25,678 nucleotides of DNA from positions 1 to 25,678 of the forward strand of contig JAFCCO010000017.1 of assembly GCA_017610175.1 (NCBI GenBank), written 5' to 3'. This DNA is from Candidatus Iainarchaeum sp. Lineage in GTDB: Archaea; Iainarchaeota; Iainarchaeia; Iainarchaeales; GCA-2688035. This document shows, in pieces, positions 8,777 to 16,657 of the stretch (positions within the stretch are counted from its first letter, which is position 1; each line of letters starts with the position of its first letter). The position numbers and the translations under genes are program-made. The notes beneath the pieces are model-generated. The model was not told where the DNA came from. It searched no databases and saw nothing but the letters and a program-made list of their open reading frames with translations.

Positions 8777-9126
8777 ATGGCAGCAGACTGGAAGAGCTTG
8801 TTTAGCGGTTTTTTCGCCTCTTTAATTGCTTTGCTACTTTCGTATCTTGTAGGGGTTGCAATTATCCTGGCTTTTCCAAGGCAGTGCTCACAGGCAATTT
8901 ATGCTTGCGCATACGAAAATATTGCGGGCCATTAAACAGCTCCAAAAGGGAAAAGGACATTGCTTCTACTTTAATGCAATGCCTTTCTTTTTGGCATATA
9001 CCTGGATTTTTTTTGTTATTTCATTTGGAGAGATTTCACCATCAAATACACTTTAGGCTCTTTTGGGCAATCGCCCTGTGTCTTTTTGCCGGTTCAAGGC
9101 CAATTTTTTTCAAACCAGAAAAGTAA
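8777..9126 (+). pseudogene. Fragmented membrane-protein gene (probable pseudogene)
   Basis: ATG 8777 gives MAADWKSLFSGFFASLIALLLSYLVGVAIILAFP, which stops at 8935. Hydrophobic text continues in two other frames (to 9056 and 9126). Confidence 0.45.
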
Positions 9127-9166
9127 ACAATAAACAGTCCTTTGTCGTTATACTTTTGGAAAAAAC

Positions 9167-9831
9167 ATGAAAAAAAATATAGCAGTGGGCTTGTTTGCCT
9201 TGATTCTTTTAGCAGGGTGCATAAACTTTTATGAGCAGGAACAGGGCGCCGAACAGGCGGCGGAGGAGCCTGTGCAGGGGGAGAATGCAATTATTTTGCG
9301 GGACTTTGTTCCTTTGGTTGTGAGCCAAATTCCTGCAACCTGCCTCCAATGGGGACAATCTTTGTTACAAGCGGCAGCTGGAATGGAAATCTTGGCGGAA
9401 TGTCCGGAGCCGACTCAAAATGTGATGCGGCTGTGGCCGGCGCCAGCTTGGCGGGCGTGTGGGTTGCCCTAATCAGCACATCCCAAACAAATGCAGTTAG
9501 CAGGATTCCGGTAGGTGTCCAGTTTGTGAGAATGGATGCTGCAATAATAGCAGACAATTTGGCGGATTTGTTTGACGGGACAATTCAAAACCCTATAAAC
9601 CTGGATGAGCACAGCATCATTAAAGTAGGCCATGTGTTTACCGGCTCTGAAAGCGATGGGACTGTTTCAGACAACTGCGGCGGCGTAGAAACATGCGGCG
9701 ACTGGACAGCCGGAGCGGTAAACGGCGAAATTGGAATGGTTTCCCAAACCAATGCAAACTGGGTCCAATCAGGCTGCTTCTCCACCTGTGACGCTGAACT
9801 AAAAGGCCTTTACTGCGTAAGAACCGCTTAA
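9167..9831 (+). pseudogene. Frameshifted lipoprotein with C-terminal DUF1554/endostatin-like (C-type-lectin fold) domain
   Basis: The LAGC lipobox signal is in one frame. The Cys-rich segment and IFVTS...GNLGG..GAD.KC...C..WT...LYCV domain are in the -1 frame, open from 9235 to 9831. Confidence 0.7.
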
Positions 9832-9866
9832 AGCCGGTTAAATGAGGTGCGATGATTGTGGCATAA

Positions 9867-10166
9867 TTAGGGCCTCGGATGGTTTCTTTTCCACCTGATT
9901 TCCATTTCCCGTTTGTCAACCGGTTCCCTCAAACCACCCATAAACATGTGTTCCAGATGGTCCAGGTATTTGTTTACTTCAACTTTTTCTGCCGCTGTTA
10001 ATGGGCGAAGCCCTTCCTTGAAAAGAATGTGGAGCTGTTCCTGCCTTTTGAATTCATCTTTGGCTTCCGCAATGAACTTTTCCCTTCGCGCAAGGGCCAC
10101 TTCTCTTCCGGTTCTTACTGTAATCCCTTTCGGCAATGGCTTTTTGAGTCTTCTTTTGGGAAGCAT
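9867..10166 (-). CDS. Hypothetical basic protein (MLPKRRLKKPLPK...), 99 aa
   Basis: Intact ORF with a basic N-terminus and helical character; TATA-like element 19 nt upstream. Confidence 0.75.
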   Translation of the reverse strand: MLPKRRLKKPLPKGITVRTGREVALARREKFIAEAKDEFKRQEQLHILFKEGLRPLTAAEKVEVNKYLDHLEHMFMGGLREPVDKREMEIRWKRNHPRP

Positions 10167-10185
10167 GAATGAATTGCGGGCGTGG

Positions 10186-10239
10186 AGAATTTAATTGTTT
10201 CCCAATTCCTGCTCTCCGAAACAATAAAATAGTAGTTTG
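10186..10239. promoter_or_regulatory. Bidirectional archaeal promoter cassette, copy 2
   Basis: AGAATTTAATTGTTT (10186-10200; 15/15 identical to 855-869) and CGAAACAATAAAATAGTAGTTTG (10217-10239; 21/23 identical to 876-898). Confidence 0.65.
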
Positions 10240-10254
10240 CTGCATTGTTTAAAC

Positions 10255-10764
10255 ATGATTCAGCAGTTCAAAAGGGAGTTGATTCTGGCGGTTGTGCTTA
10301 CAACTGTTTTGTTTGCGGCAGCGGATATTCTTGGGGATTTTGCTTTTGCCCCCTCTCCCGGAGAGCTAACTCTTTCAGCTGAACTGATGGTTCTTTCAAT
10401 GGCGGTTCTGATACTGCCCGCATTACTTGGAACAATTCCAAGCGGCTACCTGATTGCAAAGAAAACAGCCGACATTAAGCCAATAATTTTCATTCCCGCA
10501 TTGGGTGCGGCAATCGGTGCGATTATCCTAATGCTGTTCTCGTTTGTTTCGTTTATCCTAACCCCTGACTCTGTTCTCCAGGCACAGATGGCAAAGGTAA
10601 GCGATTACGGGATTGACTTTTTCACAAACATGTCCCTTCCCGAATACAGGTCAATGCTAATGTTCTCAATAGCGTTTGGCGCGGTTTTTCTGGGCCTTAT
10701 GAACTTTGCAATAGGGCTTGCAGGCGGTTTTGTCGGAAGCAGGATTGCTGCTGTAAAGAAATAG
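10255..10764 (+). CDS. Hypothetical 4-TM membrane protein
   Basis: Start ATG 10255; four hydrophobic spans; C-terminal GLAGGFVG small-residue motif. Confidence 0.8.
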   Translation: MIQQFKRELILAVVLTTVLFAAADILGDFAFAPSPGELTLSAELMVLSMAVLILPALLGTIPSGYLIAKKTADIKPIIFIPALGAAIGAIILMLFSFVSFILTPDSVLQAQMAKVSDYGIDFFTNMSLPEYRSMLMFSIAFGAVFLGLMNFAIGLAGGFVGSRIAAVKK

Positions 10765-11025
10765 CTAGCTTTTCTTTTTGATGAATGCATTTCTTGCGTT
10801 ATTTTGAATCCGTTCGAGTTCATTGAGTTCTGCCCTGAGTTTACCCTGTGCTGCTCCGGAGTTTTTGGTTTCGGCGGTTTTCAATTCTTTGATTTTTTCC
10901 CTGAGCTGTTTGAAAAAAGTTTGCCAGTTTTCCTGGGTTTTTCTTCTTCTTTTGTCAAGGCTGCGCAGGTGCGTGAGTTGTGTTTTTGCCCTTAAGCTGA
11001 ACCCCTGTTTTCTAATTGGCCGCAT
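10765..11025 (-). CDS. Hypothetical basic coiled-coil protein (MRPIRKQG...), 86 aa
   Basis: Fills the gap exactly, tail-to-tail with 10764; TTATTAAAAT upstream; K/R-rich heptad character. Confidence 0.7.
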   Translation of the reverse strand: MRPIRKQGFSLRAKTQLTHLRSLDKRRRKTQENWQTFFKQLREKIKELKTAETKNSGAAQGKLRAELNELERIQNNARNAFIKKKS

Positions 11026-11139
11026 GCAATATTGTTGTTACCAAATTATTTTAATAAGCAGCCTTAAGGCTGTGGAAGATAAAATAAAAAAGAATTAGAA
11101 AAATAAATAATGAAGATTTTTCAGCTACTGAATAGAAAT

Positions 11140-11295
11140 TTAGTAGTTGTCTCTTCGTGGCTTCTTGTGCTTCATATAGCAGTCGCGGCAGTAAATTGGT
11201 CTTTCTCCGTCAGGCTTGAAAGGAACTTCTGTTTCCTTTCCGCATTCAGAGCAAGTTACTTTGTGCATTTCTCTGCCAAACTTGTCTTCGCTCAT
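11140..11295 (-). CDS. CxxC-x17-CxxC domain small zinc-binding protein, copy 2 (51 aa)
   Basis: MSEDKFGREMHKVTCSECGKETEVPFKPDGERPIYCRDCYMKHKKPRRDNY; AGGTG SD; start set by comparison with the paralog. Confidence 0.92.
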   Translation of the reverse strand: MSEDKFGREMHKVTCSECGKETEVPFKPDGERPIYCRDCYMKHKKPRRDNY

Positions 11296-11423
11296 TGTTT
11301 TTTTTACACCTTTTTTTGGTTTTCGCTGCACCTTGTGCAACTAAGTATATCCCCCTTGCATAGGCTTATAAAGCAAACGAAGGCGGGTTTCCGCTAATAT
11401 TATGTATAAGTTAACCCTTGGTT

Positions 11424-12098
11424 TTATTGTTTTTTCTTTGGTTTTTCCCTCGGTTTCTGCATCAAAATTGCTACCGGGGCAACATACTCTTCCACTGAAC
11501 CAATTGACCCCATTTCAAGTGCCTGAACTATTGCCCTCTCGGTCTTTGCAGGATCCCTTTTTCTGTAGTGAGTTAGGAGTTTCTTTCTTTTTGATGGTGA
11601 AGAGCGTTCCCTCAGTGCACGTGCAGGTGAACTTTTAAGCTTTGAATCCGGAACCTTAAAGACAGCCGTTCTCCAGCCAAGCTTTCTTGCATCATGCCTT
11701 ACCCAGAACACATCGCTCATATCCTGAATAAGCACTATTCTCCCACCCGGCTTTAACACACGCCTTGCCGCCCTGAAAAATTTGTTAGCCATTTTCCTGT
11801 CAATGTTGTTCAAGAGATAGGATGCAAAAACAATGTTTTGGCTTTTTCCCTTAGTTGCCTGCAGTGCTTTGATTGCGTCCCCTCTTTTCAACTCAAGTCC
11901 GGCTGGCATCTTGAATTTTCCAGCAAGAAGAAGCGAAAGCCACTTTGGGCCAAGATGCAGGTCAATGCCTGTAAACTCTCTTTTTCGTCCTTGCTTTGCG
12001 CTTCGCGCCGCCTGCTTGACCAATGCGGTTGGAATAATTCCTGCCCCTGCCTCAAAAACACGGAAAGGCTCTTTCTTTTTTGCAGGCTTTGGTTTCAT
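11424..12098 (-). CDS. Class I SAM-dependent methyltransferase with basic termini
   Basis: VFEAGAG (motif I), FTGIDL, RGDA, IVFASYLLNNI, RRVLKPGGRIVL. Confidence 0.8.
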   Translation of the reverse strand: MKPKPAKKKEPFRVFEAGAGIIPTALVKQAARSAKQGRKREFTGIDLHLGPKWLSLLLAGKFKMPAGLELKRGDAIKALQATKGKSQNIVFASYLLNNIDRKMANKFFRAARRVLKPGGRIVLIQDMSDVFWVRHDARKLGWRTAVFKVPDSKLKSSPARALRERSSPSKRKKLLTHYRKRDPAKTERAIVQALEMGSIGSVEEYVAPVAILMQKPREKPKKKQ

Positions 12099-12173
12099 AA
12101 TCAAGTTATGTTTTCAGGAAATTTAATGCTTTCGCGGGCAAAGCCTTTTATTCAAAGGAATAGTTATTTTTAT

Positions 12174-12416
12174 ATGCCAAAGCCAAGGCGCAAGAAAAAC
12201 CCTGCACGCACGAAAACCGCTCCCGGGCGAAAAAGGAAACAGCCGGGCCACACAAGCAAAAGCGGCAAGACCGCTTTGACCTCAAAAAGATGGGTTGAAG
12301 TCAGAACAGGCCTGATGAAGAAAGCCCCTAAGGGAATGTCTCCTGCACAGCAGCTTCAGTGGGCTGAAGCCGAAATGAAAAAGAAGTACAGGATTAAGAC
12401 CCTTAGAAAGAGGTAA
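12174..12416 (+). CDS. Hypothetical very basic protein (MPKPRRKKNP...), 80 aa
   Basis: 3' part of ORF 11838..12416 from ATG 12174; divergent from the methyltransferase; TATA-like tract upstream. Confidence 0.7.
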   Translation: MPKPRRKKNPARTKTAPGRKRKQPGHTSKSGKTALTSKRWVEVRTGLMKKAPKGMSPAQQLQWAEAEMKKKYRIKTLRKR

Positions 12417-12495
12417 GGCTTTTCCCTAACAATTTCGAAAGCTTATTACTGATTCCAATCCACAATATTTGCATCAAGCAGGAGAGGTAATTCAA

Positions 12496-12585
12496 ATGAA
12501 GACAGCAAGTATTGCCGCAGCATTTCTGGTGGTTATTGCATTCAGCATTTTCATGCACAATATTTCAGCAGCAGCTATTTTCTAA
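12496..12585 (+). pseudogene. Signal-peptide-only ORF (29 aa), gene remnant or micropeptide
   Basis: GGAGAGGT SD, then MKTASIAAAFLVVIAFSIFMHNISAAAIF*; overlaps the 3' end of the convergent PMM/PGM gene. Confidence 0.45.
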
Positions 12586-13924
12586 TAAGCCCGAGAACTT
12601 CCTTTACCTTCTCGTCCATTAGTTCCTTTGACTTTGCCTCAAGGACCAGCCTTAGCAGGGGCTCTGTGTTGCTTTTTCTCACATTAAACCACCAGTCCCC
12701 AAATTCAACGGAGATTCCGTCAATGTGGAAGATGTTCTTTGCCGAACCCTTGTACTTTGCCTCGATTTCGGCAATTTTTGCATCTTTTTCCGCAACCTCG
12801 CTGTTGATTTCACCGCTGTGGTGGAATCCCTCCGCGGTCACAAGCTCGGAGAATGGCTTTTTCTCCTCGCTTATAATCTCAAGAATTTGCAGTGCGGGAA
12901 TGAATCCGTTGTCGAAAAAGAACTCGTTGTTTACAGCGTAATAATTGTGTGCGGAGAGCTCTCCTCCAAAAACCGCTTTCTCGTCATTCATGCTTTTTTT
13001 AATAAAGGCGTGGCCCACCCTGTGGATTATGGGAATTCCCCCGGCCTCCTCAATTGTTTTTGGAACAAAGTGTGAGCACCTCACATCGTAAATTATTTTT
13101 CCGCCCTTGTTTCTTTTCAAGGTGTTTTTTGCAAGGAGGGCTACAACAAAGTCGCCTGGAACAAAGTTTCCCTTTTCATCAAAGAAAAAGCACCTGTCGG
13201 CATCCCCGTCCCATGCAATTCCCAAATCAGCATTAATTTCCTTTACCTTTGCCTCAATGTCCTTTCTGTTCTCTTCCTTTAACGGGTTTGCCTCGTGGTT
13301 CGGGAATGTTCCGTCAAGTTCGAAGAAAAGCCTTTCCTGTTCAATGGGCAGGCCTTTGAATACCTCAGGCGCAACAAGCGAAGCCATTCCGTTTCCCGCA
13401 TCCATTGCAACCTTTAAGGGCTTTATTTTTTTAACGTTCACAAATCCGCGGCAGAATTTCCCGAACTCTTTTAGGACGTCTTTTTTCTCAATCTTTCCCT
13501 GCTTTTCTCCCGCAATCAGTTCGCCTTTTGCAACAAGTGACTTTATTTCCTTGAGTCCTGTTTCCTCCCCAATGGGGCCTGCGTTTTCCTTTGTGATTTT
13601 CAGTCCGTTGTATTCAGGGGGGTTGTGCGAGGCGGTAATCATTACCCCTGCGTCGGCCTTTTCTTTCCAGACCCCGAAATAAAACATGTCAGTGCTGCAC
13701 AGCCCGATATCAATTACGTCTGCGCCCTGGGAGGTTATTCCCCTTACAAGCGCTTCAAACAGCTTTTCTCCCGAGGGGCGCATGTCCCGTCCTACCAAAA
13801 CCTTTTTGCAGTTGAGAAAGCAAACAAGTGCTTTTCCTGTTTTTTCCGCAACCGCTTCGTCAAGCTCGTCTGGGTAAATTCCCCTAACGTCGTACGCCTT
13901 GAATATCTTGTCAATCTCAGCCAA
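12575..13924 (-). CDS. manB: Phosphomannomutase/phosphoglucomutase
   Basis: IFKAYDVRG, MITASHNP (phospho-Ser), DGDADR metal loop, GELSAH, RKSNTEP. Confidence 0.95.
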   Translation of the reverse strand: MAEIDKIFKAYDVRGIYPDELDEAVAEKTGKALVCFLNCKKVLVGRDMRPSGEKLFEALVRGITSQGADVIDIGLCSTDMFYFGVWKEKADAGVMITASHNPPEYNGLKITKENAGPIGEETGLKEIKSLVAKGELIAGEKQGKIEKKDVLKEFGKFCRGFVNVKKIKPLKVAMDAGNGMASLVAPEVFKGLPIEQERLFFELDGTFPNHEANPLKEENRKDIEAKVKEINADLGIAWDGDADRCFFFDEKGNFVPGDFVVALLAKNTLKRNKGGKIIYDVRCSHFVPKTIEEAGGIPIIHRVGHAFIKKSMNDEKAVFGGELSAHNYYAVNNEFFFDNGFIPALQILEIISEEKKPFSELVTAEGFHHSGEINSEVAEKDAKIAEIEAKYKGSAKNIFHIDGISVEFGDWWFNVRKSNTEPLLRLVLEAKSKELMDEKVKEVLGLIRK

Positions 13925-13926
13925 TC

Positions 13927-14889
13927 CTATCCCTCCCTGCGGTAGAATTCTGCGGCCTGCTCCGGCGCAACGGTGTTGATTACGGTTCCGGTGCTGTGCT
14001 CAAAGCCGCCCCAGCTAAGCAGCCTTGGGGTAATTTTAAAGTGGAAGTGAAGCCTTTTTCCTTTTGGGGATTCGTGCAGGTACAGGTTGTATGGTGCGTT
14101 TAATTCCTTGAGCTTGGTCAGCGCCTTTTTCAGAATTTCCGCAAGGTCGGTTAGTGCCTCGTCCCCAACATCTGAGAGGGAGTGCAAATGCGTTCTGGGG
14201 AAAATTGCAAGTTCAAATGCAAACCTGCTTGCATACGGGGTGAACGCGACAAAGTTGTCGTTCTCATAGCACCTTCTCGGCCCCTTTCTTTCAATCTCTA
14301 TGATTTCGCACCAGGGGCATTTTCCGTGCTTTCTCCTGAATGCCTCAACAGCCCTTGCCTCGCGGTCAATCTGCATGCTTGGCCTGTTGTATGCGATTAC
14401 CTGTGAGTGCTCGTGGTCAATTGAGGTGCCTGCTTCAGGCCCGTGGTTTTTGAATATTGCGATGTGCTCAATTCCCTTTACATTCTTCAAGGCATTTATT
14501 CTTTCAATGTAAATCCCAATCAGCTGCTTTATTCTCTCAACAGGCAAATCAGCAAGCAGCTCATCGTGCCTTGGGGTTTCAACAATTACTTCGTGCTTTC
14601 CGTAACCGTCGCTGTGCGTAAAGTAGATATCCTCTTTCTCGATTTCGCTGTTGCAGTCAAGTGTAACCGCAGGGTATTTGTTTGGAAAAACCCTCATCTG
14701 CCATTTTCCATCTTCTTCAATCCTGCTTATTTCAGGAGGGGTCATTTTCTCATTTCCGGGGCAGAACGGGCAAATAGAGTCCTCTTTTACTTTAGGCCCT
14801 TCCTTCCTGTAGTCCTGCGGTCTCTTGGCGCGGTTGGTGTTGATTATTACCCATCGGTTTAAAATGTAGCTTTTTCGAAGCTCATGCAA
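13927..14889 (-). CDS. galT: Galactose-1-phosphate uridylyltransferase
   Basis: RAKRP, CPFCPGNE, NKYPA, GTSIDHEHSQ (HxHxQ), WGGFE.STG; GGTGA SD before the TTG start. Confidence 0.93.
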   Translation of the reverse strand: MHELRKSYILNRWVIINTNRAKRPQDYRKEGPKVKEDSICPFCPGNEKMTPPEISRIEEDGKWQMRVFPNKYPAVTLDCNSEIEKEDIYFTHSDGYGKHEVIVETPRHDELLADLPVERIKQLIGIYIERINALKNVKGIEHIAIFKNHGPEAGTSIDHEHSQVIAYNRPSMQIDREARAVEAFRRKHGKCPWCEIIEIERKGPRRCYENDNFVAFTPYASRFAFELAIFPRTHLHSLSDVGDEALTDLAEILKKALTKLKELNAPYNLYLHESPKGKRLHFHFKITPRLLSWGGFEHSTGTVINTVAPEQAAEFYRREG

Positions 14890-15017
14890 AAGAAATCACC
14901 ACTTTATGAACTAACCTTTGAACTGGTTAATAATGCTTGCTGAAAATGCAAAGCAATAAAAAGCCCCCAAAGCCAAAGAGCTATTTGCTCTTTCTCTTCG
15001 CTTTCGCAGGGGTCTTT

Positions 15018-15491
15018 TTAACCGCCTTTTTTCACGGCAGGCCTTGCTTTTGGAATCAGCTTGCGGCGGGTTGCCTTAACCCTTCTCTGGCTGTTTGACC
15101 TTCTCCTTGTTGAAAACCAGTAGTACTTGCGGTCCCTGAAGCTGTATTTTACAAAGAAGTTTTTGTCAGGCGTTGCAAATGACCTTGCCGCAAATAACCC
15201 GTCCTCTGCAAGAACCGCCCTTGCGCTTGCTCTTGAGTGCCCCTCCAGTTCCATTGTGTACTTGATTATGCTGTTGGCAAGCAGCCTTACGTTTGTTTTC
15301 CACTTTGGGTCAATCATTTTTCCAATGTCGGATTTGCGCAGTTCCCTGTATTTGCCCACTCTTCTGCCCGCTTCCTTGGCATCTGCACTGAATGGCTTCC
15401 CAAATTTTTTCCTTCTGCGCTCCCTTGGCTTTTCTGCAACCTTCTTGATTTGTTTCTTTGCAATTTTTTTGGTTGCTTTCTTCGCAGGCAT
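15018..15491 (-). CDS. Hypothetical basic protein (MPAKKATKKIAKK...KKGG), 157 aa
   Basis: 3' part of ORF 15018..16100 from ATG 15491; TATTTAAA box upstream. The upstream extension is antisense shadow of gap. Confidence 0.75.
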   Translation of the reverse strand: MPAKKATKKIAKKQIKKVAEKPRERRRKKFGKPFSADAKEAGRRVGKYRELRKSDIGKMIDPKWKTNVRLLANSIIKYTMELEGHSRASARAVLAEDGLFAARSFATPDKNFFVKYSFRDRKYYWFSTRRRSNSQRRVKATRRKLIPKARPAVKKGG

Positions 15492-15605
15492 AGAAAAATT
15501 GCGTCGCCCAAGTTTAAATACCTGCCTCCGTTCCCCATTTTTTGGCTCTTCAAGAAGGATTTTTAAAACAATTATCCCCATTAGGATTAGAGGGTAGGTG
15601 ATTTT

Positions 15606-16610
15606 ATGGTAAAGGTTGCGATTAACGGTTTTGGAAGGATTGGAAGGCAGGCGTTCAAGGGAATGCTTGGCAAAAAGGAAATTGAGATTGTGGCAATAAA
15701 CGACCTCACAGACAATGCAACCCTTGCAAGGCTTCTCAAATATGACAGTGTTTACGGGAAGTTCGATGGAACGGTTGAGTCCGACGACGAAAGCCTTATT
15801 ATAAACGGCAAGAAGATTCACGCGCTCGCCGAAAGGGATCCAAGCAAACTCCCGTGGAAAGAGTTGGGTGTGGAAATTGTTCTTGAAAGCACGGGCTTTT
15901 TTCGCGACCCAAGCAAGGCAAAGGCCCACATTGAGGCCGGCGCAAAAAAGGTCGTAATCAGCGCTCCGCCAAAAGGGGACGTTTGCGGCCAGTACATTCT
16001 CAACGTTAACACAGACAAGTACCTTCCAAAAACAGAGCACATTGTGAGCATGGCTTCGTGCACAACAAATTCGCTTGCTCCGATTGTAAAAGTACTGCAT
16101 GAAAAGCTAGGAATTGAAAAGGGCTTTTTGACAACAATTCACGCTTACACCGCAGACCAGAGGCTGGTTGACGGGCCGCACTCCGACCCAAGAAGGGCAA
16201 GGGCGGCGGCAATTAACATGATTCCAACAAGCACGGGTGCGGCAAAGGCAATAACCTGCCTTTTCCCCGAACTTGACGGGAAGCTTGACGGAATAGCGGT
16301 TCGAGTCCCTGTTCCAAGCGGAAGCCTGACAGACTTCACCTGCACGGTTGGTAAGGAAACAACCGCAGAGGAAGTGAACAAGCTGATAAAGGATGCGGCT
16401 GCAGGCTCACTTGGCCAAAACATTGACTACAGCGAAGAGGACCTTGTAAGTACAGACATTCTTGGAAATCCGCACGGCTGTGTTTTTGACAGCAAGCTAA
16501 CCAAGGCAAACGGAAAACTGGTAAAAGTGGCTGCATGGTATGACAACGAGTGGGGGTACAGTTCCCTGCTGGGCGAATTCATACTGTTCCTCGTCAAAAA
16601 GGGGCTTTAA
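15606..16610 (+). CDS. gap: Glyceraldehyde-3-phosphate dehydrogenase, class I (bacterial-type)
   Basis: VAINGFGRIGR, ASCTTN, HAYT.DQ, TGAAKA, WYDNEWGYS; GGTGA SD. Confidence 0.97.
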   Translation: MVKVAINGFGRIGRQAFKGMLGKKEIEIVAINDLTDNATLARLLKYDSVYGKFDGTVESDDESLIINGKKIHALAERDPSKLPWKELGVEIVLESTGFFRDPSKAKAHIEAGAKKVVISAPPKGDVCGQYILNVNTDKYLPKTEHIVSMASCTTNSLAPIVKVLHEKLGIEKGFLTTIHAYTADQRLVDGPHSDPRRARAAAINMIPTSTGAAKAITCLFPELDGKLDGIAVRVPVPSGSLTDFTCTVGKETTAEEVNKLIKDAAAGSLGQNIDYSEEDLVSTDILGNPHGCVFDSKLTKANGKLVKVAAWYDNEWGYSSLLGEFILFLVKKGL

Positions 16611-16657
16611 GGCGCATTGGTTTTTAAGCCCTATTTCCTTTCTTTTCAAAAGGTTGG

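Noticed and set aside
9700-9831. Diversity-generating retroelement variable region
   Set aside because: No template repeat or reverse transcriptase is seen in the window.
11833-12173. N-terminal part of ORF 11838..12416 and ORF 11833..12126
   Set aside because: Antisense to the methyltransferase; the real gene probably starts at 12174.
14975-14993. Hairpin AAAGAGC-tattt-GCTCTTT and a short hydrophobic minus-strand frame between galT and the basic gene
   Set aside because: The frame has no start codon, and the 7-bp stem is too weak to call a terminator or ncRNA.
15492-16100. 360-aa minus-strand ORF overlapping gap
   Set aside because: The upstream ~200 codons are the antisense shadow of gap; only 15018..15491 is retained.
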